Below are positions 38,301 through 53,200 of a stretch of 64,000 nucleotides of DNA, one piece after another. The notes under the pieces are model-generated. The model ran no database searches. It was not told the DNA's origin and saw nothing but the letters and a program-made list of their open reading frames with translations. The stretch is from positions 186,001 through 250,000 of the forward strand of contig JASTWF010000329.1 in the NCBI GenBank assembly GCA_030390025.1. Direction: 5' to 3'. Position numbers and translations under genes: made by a program. Position 1 is the first letter of the stretch. Every line of letters begins with the position of its first letter. The stretch is from Squalus acanthias (Eukaryota).

Positions 38301-41300
38301 ATAACAGAGACAGGGTCTAAGTGTAATATAAACAGAGACAGGTCAGTGTAATACTAAACAGAGACAGGTTCTAGTGTAATATAAACAGAGACAGGGTCTA
38401 GTGTAATATAAACAGAGACAGGGGTCAAGTGTAATATAAACAGAGACAGGGTCCTAGTGTAATATAACAGAGACAGGGTCTAGTGTAATATAAACAAGAC
38501 AGGGTCTAGTGTAATATAAACAGAGACAGGGTCTAGTGTAATATAAACAGAGACAGGGTCTAGTGTAATATAAACAGAGACAGGGTCTAGTGTAATATAA
38601 ACAGAGACAGGGTCTAGTGTAATATAAACAGAGACAGGGTCTAGTGTAATATAAACAGAGACAGGGTCTAGTGTAATATAAACAGAGACAGGGTCTAGTG
38701 TAATATAAACAGAGACAGGGTCTAGTGTAATATAAACAGAGACAGGGTCTAGTGTAATATAAACAGAGACAGGGTCTAGTGTAATATAAACAGAGACAGG
38801 GTCTAGTGTAATATAAACAGAGACAGGGTCTAGTGTAATATAAACAGAGACAGGGTCTAGTGTAATATAAACAGAGACAGGGTCTAGTGTAATATAAACA
38901 GAGACAGGGTCTAGTGTAATATAAACAGAGACAGGGTCTAGTGTAATATAAACAGAGACAGGGTCTAGTGTAATATAAACAGAGACAGGGTCTAGTGTAA
39001 TATAAACAGAGACAGGGTCTAGTGTAATATAAACAGAGACAGGGTCTAGTGTAATATAAACAGAGACAGGGTCTAGTGTAATATAAACAGAGACAGGGTC
39101 TAGTGTAATATAAACAGAGACAGGGTCTAGTGTAATATAAACAGAGACAGGGTCTAGTGTAATATAAACAGAGACAGGGTCTAGTGTAATATAAACAGAG
39201 ACAGGGTCTAGTGTAATATAAACAGAGACAGGGTCTAGTGTAATATAAACAGAGACAGGGTCTAGTGTAATATAAACAGAGACAGGGTCTAGTGTAATAT
39301 AAACAGAGACAGGGTCTAGTGTAATATAAACAGAGACAGGGTCTAGTGTAATATAAACAGAGACAGGGTCTAGTGTAATATAAACAGAGACAGGGTCTAG
39401 TGTAATATAAACAGAGACAGGGTCTAGTGTAATATAAACAGAGACAGGGTCTAGTGTAATATAAACAGAGACAGGGTCTAGTGTAATATAAACAGAGACA
39501 GGGTCTAGTGTAATATAAACAGAGACAGGGTCTAGTGTAATATAAACAGAGACAGGGTCTAGTGTAATATAAACAGAGACAGGGTCTAGTGTAATATAAA
39601 CAGAGACAGGGTCTAGTGTAATATAAACAGAGACAGGGTCTAGTGTAATATAAACAGAGACAGGGTCTAGTGTAATATAAACAGAGACAGGGTCTAGTGT
39701 AATATAAACAGAGACAGGGTCTAGTGTAATATAAACAGAGACAGGGTCTAGTGTAATATAAACAGAGACAGGGTCTAGTGTAATATAAACAGAGACAGGG
39801 TCTAGTGTAATATAAACAGAGACAGGGTCTAGTGTAATATAAACAGAGACAGGGTCTAGTGTAATATAAACAGAGACAGGGTCTAGTGTAATATAAACAG
39901 AGACAGGGTCTAGTGTAATATAAACAGAGACAGGGTCTAGTGTAATATAAACAGAGACAGGGTCTAGTGTAATATAAACAGAGACAGGGTCTAGTGTAAT
40001 ATAAACAGAGACAGGGTCTAGTGTAATATAAACAGAGACAGGGTCTAGTGTAATATAAACAGAGACAGGGTCTAGTGTAATATAAACAGAGACAGGGTCT
40101 AGTGTAATATAAACAGAGACAGGGTCTAGTGTAATATAAACAGAGACAGGGTCTAGTGTAATATAAACAGAGACAGGGTCTAGTGTAATATAAACAGAGA
40201 CAGGGTCTAGTGTAATATAAACAGAGACAGGGTCTAGTGTAATATAAACAGAGACAGGGTCTAGTGTAATATAAACAGAGACAGGGTCTAGTGTAATATA
40301 AACAGAGACAGGGTCTAGTGTAATATAAACAGAGACAGGGTCTAGTGTAATATAAACAGAGACAGGGTCTAGTGTAATATAAACAGAGACAGGGTCTAGT
40401 GTAATATAAACAGAGACAGGGTCTAGTGTAATATAAACAGAGACAGGGTCTAGTGTAATATAAACAGAGACAGGGTCTAGTGTAATATAAACAGAGACAG
40501 GGTCTAGTGTAATATAAACAGAGACAGGGTCTAGTGTAATATAAACAGAGACAGGGTCTAGTGTAATATAAACAGAGACAGGGTCTAGTGTAATATAAAC
40601 AGAGACAGGGTCTAGTGTAATATAAACAGAGACAGGGTCTAGTGTAATATAAACAGAGACAGGGTCTAGTGTAATATAAACAGAGACAGGGTCTAGTGTA
40701 ATATAAACAGAGACAGGGTCTAGTGTAATATAAACAGAGACAGGGTCTAGTGTAATATAAACAGAGACAGGGTCTAGTGTAATATAAACAGAGACAGGGT
40801 CTAGTGTAATATAAACAGAGACAGGGTCTAGTGTAATATAAACAGAGACAGGGTCTAGTGTAATATAAACAGAGACAGGGTCTAGTGTAATATAAACAGA
40901 GACAGGGTCTAGTGTAATATAAACAGAGACAGGGTCTAGTGTAATATAAACAGAGACAGGGTCTAGTGTAATATAAACAGAGACAGGGTCTAGTGTAATA
41001 TAAACAGAGACAGGGTCTAGTGTAATATAAACAGAGACAGGGTCTAGTGTAATATAAACAGAGACAGGGTCTAGTGTAATATAAACAGAGACAGGGTCTA
41101 GTGTAATATAAACAGAGACAGGGTCTAGTGTAATATAAACAGAGACAGGGTCTAGTGTAATATAAACAGAGACAGGGTCTAGTGTAATATAAACAGAGAC
41201 AGGGTCTAGTGTAATATAAACAGAGACAGGGTCTAGTGTAATATAAACAGAGACAGGGTCTAGTGTAATATAAAACAGAGACAGGTCTAGTGTAATATAA

Positions 41301-44300
41301 ACAGAGACAGGGTCTAGTGTAATATAAACAGAGACAGGGTCTAGTGTAATATAAACAGAGACAGGGTCTAGTGTAATATAAACAGAGACAGGGTCTAGTG
41401 TAATATAAACAGAGACAGGGTCTAGTGTAATATAAACAGAGACAGGGTCTAGTGTAATATAAACAGAGACAGGGTCTAGTGTAATATAAACAGAGACAGG
41501 GTCTAGTGTAATATAAACAGAGACAGGGTCTAGTGTAATATAAACAGAGACAGGGTCTAGTGTAATATAAACAGAGACAGGGTCTAGTGTAATATAAACA
41601 GAGACAGGGTCTAGTGTAATATAAACAGAGACAGGGTCTAGTGTAATATAAACAGAGACAGGGTCTAGTGTAATATAAACAGAGACAGGGTCTAGTGTAA
41701 TATAAACAGAGACAGGGTCTAGTGTAATATAAACAGAGACAGGGTCTAGTGTAATATAAACAGAGACAGGGTCTAGTGTAATATAAACAGAGACAGGGTC
41801 TAGTGTAATATAAACAGAGACAGGGTCTAGTGTAATATAAACAGAGACAGGGTCTAGTGTAATATAAACAGAGACAGGGTCTAGTGTAATATAAACAGAG
41901 ACAGGGTCTAGTGTAATATAAACAGAGACAGGGTCTAGTGTAATATAAACAGAGACAGGGTCTAGTGTAATATAAACAGAGACAGGGTCTAGTGTAATAT
42001 AAACAGAGACAGGGTCTAGTGTAATATAAACAGAGACAGGGTCTAGTGTAATATAAACAGAGACAGGGTCTAGTGTAATATAAACAGAGACAGGGTCTAG
42101 TGTAATATAAACAGAGACAGGGTCTAGTGTAATATAAACAGAGACAGGGTCTAGTGTAATATAAACAGAGACAGGGTCTAGTGTAATATAAACAGAGACA
42201 GGGTCTAGTGTAATATAAACAGAGACAGGGTCTAGTGTAATATAAACAGAGACAGGGTCTAGTGTAATATAAACAGAGACAGGGTCTAGTGTAATATAAA
42301 CAGAGACAGGGTCTAGTGTAATATAAACAGAGACAGGGTCTAGTGTAATATAAACAGAGACAGGGTCTAGTGTAATATAAACAGAGACAGGGTCTAGTGT
42401 AATATAAACAGAGACAGGGTCTAGTGTAATATAAACAGAGACAGGGTCTAGTGTAATATAAACAGAGACAGGGTCTAGTGTAATATAAACAGAGACAGGG
42501 TCTAGTGTAATATAAACAGAGACAGGGTCTAGTGTAATATAAACAGAGACAGGGTCTAGTGTAATATAAACAGAGACAGGGTCTAGTGTAATATAAACAG
42601 AGACAGGGTCTAGTGTAATATAAACAGAGACAGGGTCTAGTGTAATATAAACAGAGACAGGGTCTAGTGTAATATAAACAGAGACAGGGTCTAGTGTAAT
42701 ATAAACAGAGACAGGGTCTAGTGTAATATAAACAGAGACAGGGTCTAGTGTAATATAAACAGAGACAGGGTCTAGTGTAATATAAACAGAGACAGGGTCT
42801 AGTGTAATATAAACAGAGACAGGGTCTAGTGTAATATAAACAGAGACAGGGTCTAGTGTAATATAAACAGAGACAGGGTCTAGTGTAATATAAACAGAGA
42901 CAGGGTCTAGTGTAATATAAACAGAGACAGGGTCTAGTGTAATATAAACAGAGACAGGGTCTAGTGTAATATAAACAGAGACAGGGTCTAGTGTAATATA
43001 AACAGAGACAGGGTCTAGTGTAATATAAACAGAGACAGGGTCTAGTGTAATATAAACAGAGACAGGGTCTAGTGTAATATAAACAGAGACAGGGTCTAGT
43101 GTAATATAAACAGAGACAGGGTCTAGTGTAATATAAACAGAGACAGGGTCTAGTGTAATATAAACAGAGACAGGGTCTAGTGTAATATAAACAGAGACAG
43201 GGTCTAGTGTAATATAAACAGAGACAGGTCTAGTGTAATATAAACAGAGACAGGGTCTAGTGTAATATAAACAGAGACAGGGTCTAGTGTAATATAAACA
43301 GAGACAGGGTCTAGTGTAATATAAACAGAGACAGGGTCTAGTGTAATATAAACAGAGACAGGGTCTAGTGTAATATAAACAGAGACAGGGTCTAGTGTAA
43401 TATAAACAGAGACAGGGTCTAGTGTAATATAAACAGAGACAGGGTCTAGTGTAATATAAACAGAGACAGGGTCTAGTGTAATATAAACAGAGACAGGGTC
43501 TAGTGTAATATAAACAGAGACAGGGTCTAGTGTAATATAAACAGAGACAGGGTCTAGTGTAATATAAACAGAGACAGGGTCTAGTGTAATATAAACAGAG
43601 ACAGGGTCTAGTGTAATATAAACAGAGACAGGGTCTAGTGTAATATAAACAGAGACAGGGTCTAGTGTAATATAAACAGAGACAGGGTCTAGTGTAATAT
43701 AAACAGAGACAGGGTCTAGTGTAATATAAACAGAGACAGGGTCTAGTGTAATATAAACAGAGACAGTCTAGTGTAATATAAACAGAGACAGGTCTAGTGT
43801 AATATAAACAGAGACAGGGTCTAGTGTAATATAAACAGAGACAGGGTCTAGTGTAATATAAACAGAGACAGGGTCTAGTGTAATATAAACAGAGACAGGG
43901 TCTAGTGTAATATAAACAGAGACAGGTCTAGTGTAATATAAACAGAGACAGGGTCTAGTGTAATATAAACAGAGACAGGGTCTAGTGTAATAAACAGAGA
44001 CAGGGTCTAGTGTAATATAAACAGAGACAGGGTCTAGTGTAATATAAACAGAGACAGGGTCTAGTGTAATATAAACAGAGACAGGGTCTAGTGTAATATA
44101 AACAGAGACAGGGTCTAGTGTAATATAAACAGAGACAGGGTCTAGTGTAATATAAACAGAGACAGGGTCTAGTGTAATATAAACAGAGACAGGGTCTAGT
44201 GTAATATAAACAGAGACAGGGTCTAGTGTAATATAAACAGAGACAGGGTCTAGTGTAATATAAACAGAGACAGGGTCTAGTGTAATATAAACAGAGACAG

Positions 44301-46946
44301 GTCTAGTGTAATATAAACAGAGACAGGGTCTAGTGTAATATAAACAGAGACAGGGTCTAGTGTAATATAAACAGAGACAGGGTCTAGTGTAATATAAACA
44401 GAGACAGGGTCTAGTGTAATATAAACAGAGACAGGGTCTAGTGTAATATAAACAGAGACAGGGTCTAGTGTAATATAAACAGAGACAGGGTCTAGTGTAA
44501 TATAAACAGAGACAGGTCTAGTGTAATATAAACAGAGACAGGGTCTAGTGTAATATAAACAGAGACAGGGTCTAGTGTAATATAAACAGAGACAGGGTCT
44601 AGTGTAATATAAACAGAGACAGGGTCTAGTGTAATATAAACAGAGACAGGTCTAGTGTAATATAAACAGAGACAGGGTCTAGTGTAATATAAACAGAGAC
44701 AGGGTCTAGTGTAATATAAACAGAGACAGGGTCTAGTGTAATATAAACAGAGACAGGGTCTAGTGTAATATAAACAGAGACAGGGTCTAGTGTAATATAA
44801 ACAGAGACAGGGTCTAGTGTAATATAAACAGAGACAGGGTCTAGTGTAATATAAACAGAGACAGGGTCTAGTGTAATATAAACAGAGACAGGGTCTAGTG
44901 TAATATAAACAGAGACAGGGTCTAGTGTAATATAAACAGAGACAGGGTCTAGTGTAATATAAACAGAGACAGGGTCTAGTGTAATATAAACAGAGACAGG
45001 GTCTAGTGTAATATAAACAGAGACAGGGTCTAGTGTAATATAAACAGAGACAGGGTCTAGTGTAATATAAACAGAGACAGTCTAGTGTAATATAAACAGA
45101 GACAGGGTCTAGTGTAATATAACAGAGACAGGGTCTAGTGTAATATAAACAGAGACAGGGTCTAGTGTAATATAAACAGAGACAGGGTCTAGTGTAATAT
45201 AAACAGAGACAGGGTCTAGTGTAATATAAACAGAGACAGGGTCTAGTGTAATATAAACAGACACAGGTCTAGTGTAATATAAACAGAGACAGGGTCTAGT
45301 GTAATATAAACAGAGACAGGGTCTAGTGTAATATAAACAGAGACAGGGTCTAGTGTAATATAAACAGAGACAGGGTCTAGTGTAATATAAACAGAGACAG
45401 GGTCTAGTGTAATATAAACAGAGACAGGGTCTAGTGTAATATAAACAGAGACAGGGTCTAGTGTAATATAAACAGAGACAGGTCTAGTGTAATATAAACA
45501 GAGACAGGTCTAGTGTAATATAAACAGAGACAGGGTTAGTGTAATATAAACAGAGACAGGGTCTAGTGTAATATAAACAGAGACAGGGTCTAGTGTAATA
45601 TAAACAGAGACAGGGTCTAGTGTAATATAAACAGAGACGGTCTAGTGTAATATAAACAGAGACAGGGTCTAGTGTAATATAAACAGAGACAGGGTCTAGT
45701 GTAATATAAACAGAGACAGGGTCTAGTGTAATATAAACAGAGACAGGGTCTAGTGTAATATAAACAGAGACAGGGTCTAGTGTAATATAAACAGAGACAG
45801 GGTCTAGTGTAATATAAACAGAGACAGGGTCTAGTGTAATATAAACAGAGACAGGGTCTAGTGTAATAAAACAGAGACAGGGTCTAGTGTAATATAAACA
45901 GAGACAGGGTCTAGTGTAATATAAACAGAGACAGGGTCTAGTGTAATATAAACAGAGACAGGGTCTAGTGTAATATAAACAGAGACAGGGTCTAGTGTAA
46001 TATAAACAGAGACAGGGTCTAGTGTAATATAAACAGAGACAGGGTCTAGTGTAATATAAACAGAGACAGGGTCTAGTGTAATATAAACAGAGACAGGGTC
46101 TAGTGTAATATAAACAGAGACAGGGTCTAGTGTAATATAAACAGAGACAGGGTCTAGTGTAATATAAACAGAGACAGGGTCTAGTGTAATATAAACAGAG
46201 ACAGGGTCTAGTGTAATATAAACAGAGACAGGGTCTAGTGTAATATAAACAGAGACAGGGTCTAGTGTAATATAAACAGAGACAGGGTCTAGTGTAATAT
46301 AAACAGAGACAGGGTCTAGTGTAATATAAACAGAGACAGGGTCTAGTGTAATATAAACAGAGACAGGGTCTAGTGTAATATAACAGAGACAGGGTCTAGT
46401 GTAATATAAACAGAGACAGGGTCTAGTGTAATATAAACAGAGACAGGTCTAGTGTAATATAAACAGAGACAGGGTCTAGTGTAATATAAACAGAGACAGG
46501 GTCTAGTGTAATATAAACAGAGACAGGGTCTAGTGTAATATAAAACAGAGACAGGGTCTAGTGTAATATAAACAGAGACAGGGTCTAGTGTAATTAAACA
46601 GAGACAGGGTCTAGTGTAATATAAACAGAGACAGGGTCTAGTGTAATATAAACAGAGACAGGGTCTAGTGTAATATAAACAGAGACAGGGTCTAGTGTAA
46701 TATAAACAGAGACAGGGTCTAGTGTAATATAAACAGAGACAGGGTCTAGTGTAATATAAACAGAGACAGGGTCTAGTGTAATATAAACAGAGACAGGGTC
46801 TAGTGTAATATAAACAGAGACAGGGTCTAGTGTAATATAAACAGAGACAGGGTCTAGTGTAATATAAACAGAGACAGGGTCTATGTAATATAAACAGAGA
46901 CAGTGTCTAGTGTAATATAAACAGAGACAGGGTCTAGTTAATAACA
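23304..46946 (+). repeat. 27-bp satellite array, about 875 units (tagtgtaatataaacagagacagggtc)
   Basis: Direct periodicity; variant-rich at 23.3-23.6 kb and 25.4-27.9 kb; near-perfect core. Confidence 0.99.
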
Positions 46947-47146
46947 NNNNNNNNNNNNNNNNNNNNNNNNNNNNNNNNNNNNNNNNNNNNNNNNNNNNNN
47001 NNNNNNNNNNNNNNNNNNNNNNNNNNNNNNNNNNNNNNNNNNNNNNNNNNNNNNNNNNNNNNNNNNNNNNNNNNNNNNNNNNNNNNNNNNNNNNNNNNNN
47101 NNNNNNNNNNNNNNNNNNNNNNNNNNNNNNNNNNNNNNNNNNNNNN
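46947..47146. other. Assembly gap (200 N)
   Basis: Run of N; the round length suggests a placeholder for a gap of unknown size. Confidence 0.99.
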
Positions 47147-47236
47147 TATAAGTCCAAGTGATGGAGGACGAATGAGTCATGAGCACTTCCCCGGTGATCT
47201 GCACTCACGTTTCGGATCCTGAGTTGCGCATCACAG
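47147..47236 (-). mobile_element. PIF/Harbinger-like transposase fragment
   Basis: Minus strand reads CDAQLRIRNVSADHRGSAHDSFVLHHLDL, matching the Harbinger/HARBI1 pattern CD-x(6)-V-x-A-x-x-(P)GS-x-HD-x-x-(I/V)L. Confidence 0.7.
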
Positions 47237-50200
47237 CCTGTCTCTGTTTATATTACACTAGACCCTGTCTCTGTTTATATGACACTAGACCCTGTCTCTG
47301 TTTGTATTACACTAGTCCCTGTCTCTGTTTATATTACACTAGACCCTGTCTCTGTTTTATTACACTAGACCCTGTCTCTGTTTATATTACACTAGACCCT
47401 GTCACTGTTTATATTACACTAGACCCTGTCTCTGTTTATATTACACTAGACCCTGTCTCTGTTTATATTACACTAGACCCTGTCTCTGTTTATATTACAC
47501 TAGACCCTGTCTCTGTTTATATTACACTAGACCCTGTCTCTGTTTATATTACACTAGACCCTGTCTCTGTTTATATTACACTAGACCCTGTCTCTGTTTA
47601 TATTACACTAGACCCTGTCTCTGTTTATATTACACTAGACCCTGTCTCTGTTTATATTACACTAGACCCTGTCTCTGTTTATATTACACTAGACCCTGTC
47701 TCTGTTTATATTACACTAGACCCTGTCTCTGTTTATATTACACTAGACCCTGTCTCTGTTTATATTACACTAGACCCTGTCTCTGTTTATATTACACTAG
47801 ACCCTGTCTCTGTTTATATTACACTAGACCCTGTCTCTCTTTATATTACACTAGACCCTGTCTCTGTTTATATTACACTAGACCCTGTCTCTGTTTATAT
47901 TACACTAGACCCTGTCTCTGTTTATATTACACTAGACCCTGTCTCTGTTTATATTACACTAGACCCTGTCTCTGTTTATATTACACTAGACCCTGTCTCT
48001 GTTTATATTACACTAGACCTGTCTCTGTTTATATTACACTAGACCCTGTCTCTGTTTATATTACACTAGACCCTGTCTCTGTTTATATTACACTAGACCC
48101 TGTCTCTGTTTATATTACACTAGACCCTGTCTCTGTTTATATTACACTAGACCCTGTCTCTGTTTATATTACACTAGACCCTGTCTCTGTTTATATTACA
48201 CTAGACCCTGTCTCTGTTTATATTACACTAGACCCTGTCTCTGTTTATATTACACTAGACCCTGTCTCTGTTTATATTACACTAGACCCTGTCTCTGTTT
48301 ATATTACACTAGACCCTGTCTCTGTTTATATTACACTAGACCCTGTCTCTGTTTATATTACACTAGACCCTGTCTCTGTTTATATTACACTAGACCCTGT
48401 CTCTGTTTATATTACACTAGACCCTGTCTCTGTTTATATTACACTAGACCCTGTCTCTGTTTATATTACACTAGACCCTGTCTCTGTTTATATTACACTA
48501 GACCCTGTCTCTGTTTATATTACACTAGACCCTGTCTCTGTTTATATTACACTAGACCCTGTCTCTGTTTATATTACACTAGACCCTGTCTCTGTTTATA
48601 TTACACTAGACCCTGTCTCTGTTTATATTACACTAGACCCTGTCTCTGTTTATATTACACTAGACCCTGTCTCTGTTTATATTACACTAGACCCTGTCTC
48701 TGTTTATATTACACTAGACCCTGTCTCTGTTTATATTACACTAGACCCTGTCTCTGTTTATATTACACTAGACCCTGTCTCTGTTTATATTACACTAGAC
48801 CCTGTCTCTGTTTATATTACACTAGACCCTGTCTCTGTTTATATTACACTAGACCCTGTCTCTGTTTATATTACACTAGACCCTGTCTCTGTTTATATTA
48901 CACTAGACCCTGTCTCTGTTTATATTACACTAGACCCTGTCTCTGTTTATATTACACTAGACCCTGTCTCTGTTTATATTACACTAGACCCTGTCTCTGT
49001 TTATATTACACTAGACCCTGTCTCTGTTTATATTACACTAGACCCTGTCTCTGTTTATATTACACTAGACCCTGTCTCTGTTTATATTACACTAGACCCT
49101 GTCTCTGTTTATATTACACTAGACCCTGTCTCTGTTTATATTACACTAGACCCTGTCTCTGTTTATATTACACTAGACCCTGTCTCTGTTTATATTACAC
49201 TAGACCCTGTCTCTGTTTATATTACACTAGACCCTGTCTCTGTTTATATTACACTAGACCCTGTCTCTGTTTATATTACACTAGACCCTGTCTCTGTTTA
49301 TATTACACTAGACCCTGTCTCTGTTTATATTACACTAGACCCTGTCTCTGTTTATATTACACTAGACCCTGTCTCTGTTTATATTACACTAGACCCTGTC
49401 TCTGTTTATATTACACTAGACCCTGTCTCTGTTTATATTACACTAGACCCTGTCTCTGTTTATATTACACTAGACCCTGTCTCTGTTTATATTACACTAG
49501 ACCCTGTCTCTGTTTATATTACACTAGACCCTGTCTCTGTTTATATTACACTAGACCCTGTCTCTGTTTATATTACACTAGACCCTGTCTCTGTTTATAT
49601 TACACTAGACCCTGTCTCTGTTTATATTACACTAGGCCCTGTCTCTGTTTATATTACACTAGGCCCTGTCTCTGTTTATATTACACTAGACCCTGTCTCT
49701 GTTTATATTACACTAGACCCTGTCTCTGTTTATATTACACTAGACCCTGTCTCTGTTTATATTACACTAGACCCTGTCTCTGTTTATATTACACTAGACC
49801 CTGTCTCTGTTTATATTACACTAGGCCCTGTCTCTGTTTATATTACACTAGACCTGTCTCTGTTTATATTACACTAGACCCTGTCTCTGTTTATATTACA
49901 CTAGGCCCTGTCTCTGTTTATATTACACTAGACCCTGTCTCTGTTTATATTACACTCGACCCTGTCTCTGTTTATATTACACTAGACCCTGTCTCTGTTT
50001 ATATTACACTAGCCCTGTCTCTGTTTATATTACACTAGACCCTGTCTCTGTTTATATTACACTAGACCCTGTCTCTGTTTATATTACACTAGACCCTGTC
50101 TCTGTTTATATTACACTAGACCCTGTCTCTGTTTATATTACACTAGACCCTGTCTCTGTTTATATTACACTAGACCCTGTCTCTGTTTATATTACACTAG

Positions 50201-53200
50201 ACCCTGTCTCTGTTTATATTACACTAGACCCTGTCTCTGTTTATATTACACTAGACCCTGTCTCTGTTTATATTACACTAGACCCTGTCTCTGTTTATAT
50301 TACACTAGACCCTGTCTCTGTTTATATTACACTAGACCCTGTCTCTGTTTATATTACACTAGACCCTGTCTCTGTTTATATTACACTAGACCCTGTCTCT
50401 GTTTATATTACACTAGACCCTGTCTCTGTTTATATTACACTAGACCCTGTCTCTGTTTATATTACACTAGACCCTGTCTCTGTTTATATTACACTAGACC
50501 CTGTCTCTGTTTATATTACACTAGACCCTGTCTCTGTTTATATTACACTAGACCCTGTCTCTGTTTATATTACACTAGACCCTGTCTCTGTTTATATTAC
50601 ACTAGACCCTGTCTCTGTTTATATTACACTAGACCCTGTCTCTGTTTATATTACACTAGACCCTGTCTCTGTTTATATTACACTAGACCCTGTCTCTGTT
50701 TATATTACACTAGACCCTGTCTCTGTTTATATTACACTAGACCCTGTCTCTGTTTATATTACACTAGACCCTGTCTCTGTTTATATTACACTAGACCCTG
50801 TCTCTGTTTATATTACACTAGACCCTGTCTCTGTTTATATTACACTAGACCCTGTCTCTGTTTATATTACACTAGACCCTGTCTCTGTTTATATTACACT
50901 AGACCCTGTCTCTGTTTATATTACACTAGACCCTGTCTCTGTTTATATTACACTAGACCCTGTCTCTGTTTATATTACACTAGACCCTGTCTCTGTTTAT
51001 ATTACACTAGACCCTGTCTCTGTTTATATTACACTAGACCCTGTCTCTGTTTATATTACACTAGACCCTGTCTCTGTTTATATTACACTAGACCCTGTCT
51101 CTGTTTATATTACACTAGACCCTGTCTCTGTTTATATTACACTAGACCCTGTCTCTGTTTATATTACACTAGACCCTGTCTCTGTTTATATTACACTAGA
51201 CCCTGTCTCTGTTTATATTACACTAGACCCTGTCTCTGTTTATATTACACTAGACCCTGTCTCTGTTTATATTACACTAGACCCTGTCTCTGTTTATATT
51301 ACACTAGACCCTGTCTCTGTTTATATTACACTAGACCCTGTCTCTGTTTATATTACACTAGACCCTGTCTCTGTTTATATTACACTAGACCCTGTCTCTG
51401 TTTATATTACACTAGACCCTGTCTCTGTTTATATTACACTAGACCCTGTCTCTGTTTATATTACACTAGACCCTGTCTCTGTTTATATTACACTAGACCC
51501 TGTCTCTGTTTATATTACACTAGACCCTGTCTCTGTTTATATTACACTAGACCCTGTCTCTGTTTATATTACACTAGACCCTGTCTCTGTTTATATTACA
51601 CTAGACCCTGTCTCTGTTTATATTACACTAGACCCTGTCTCTGTTTATATTACACTAGACCCTGTCTCTGTTTATATTACACTAGACCCTGTCTCTGTTT
51701 ATATTACACTAGACCCTGTCTCTGTTTATATTACACTAGACCCTGTCTCTGTTTATATTACACTAGACCCTGTCTCTGTTTATATTACACTAGACCCTGT
51801 CTCTGTTTATATTACACTAGACCCTGTCTCTGTTTATATTACACTAGACCCTGTCTCTGTTTATATTACACTAGACCCTGTCTCTGTTTATATTACACTA
51901 GACCCTGTCTCTGTTTATATTACACTAGACCCTGTCTCTGTTTATATTACACTAGACCCTGTCTCTGTTTATATTACACTAGACCCTGTCTCTGTTTATA
52001 TTACACTAGACCCTGTCTCTGTTTATATTACACTAGACCCTGTCTCTGTTTATATTACACTAGACCCTGTCTCTGTTTATATTACACTAGACCCTGTCTC
52101 TGTTTATATTACACTAGACCCTGTCTCTGTTTATATTACACTAGACCCTGTCTCTGTTTATATTACACTAGACCCTGTCTCTGTTTATATTACACTAGAC
52201 CCTGTCTCTGTTTATATTACACTAGACCCTGTCTCTGTTTATATTACACTTGGCCCTGTCTCTGTTTATATTACACTAGACCCTGTCTCTGTTTATATTA
52301 CACTAGACCCTGTCTCTGTTTCTATTACACTAGACCCTGTCTCTGTTTATATTACACTAGACCCTGTCTCTCTTTATATTACACTAGACCTTGTCTCTGT
52401 TTATATTACACTAGGCCCTGTCTCTGTTTATATTACACTAGACCTTGTCTCTGATTAGATTACACTAGACCCTGTCACTGTTTATATTACACTAGGCCCT
52501 GTCTCTGTTTATATTACACTGGACCCTGTCTCTGTTTATATTACACTCGACCCTGTCTCTGATTATATTACACTAGACCTTGTCTCTGTTTATATTACAC
52601 TAGGCCCTGTCTCTGTTTATATTACACTAGGCCCTGTCTCTGTTTAAATTACACTAGACCCTGTCTCTGTTTATATTACACTAAACCCTGTCTCTGTTTA
52701 TATTACACTAGATGCTGTCTCTGTTTATATTACAATAGACCCTGTCTCTGTTTATATTACACGAGACCCTGTCTCTCTTTATATTGCACTATACCCTGTC
52801 TCTCTTTATATTACATTAGACCCTGTCTCTCTTTATATTACATTAGACCCTGTCTCTCTTTATATTACACTAGGCCCTGTCTCTGTTTATATTACACTAG
52901 ACCCTATCTCTGTTTATATTACACGAGACCCTGTCTCTCTTTATATTACACTAGACCCTGTCTCTCTTTATATTACATTAGACCCTGTCTCTCTTTATAT
53001 TACACTAGGCCCTGGCTCTGTTTATATTACACTAGACCACATCTCTGTTTATATTGCACTAGGCCCTGTCTCTCTTTATATTACACTGGATACTGTCTCT
53101 GTTTATATTACATTAGACCCTGTCTCTCTTTATATTACACTAGGCCCTGGCTCTGTTTATATTACACTAGACCCTGTCTCTGTTTATATTACACTAGTCC

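Noticed and set aside
37300..38500. Indel-rich satellite patch (also 43.2-46.9 kb) as a distinct subfamily
   Set aside because: Scattered non-recurrent 1-bp indels look like low-coverage read errors
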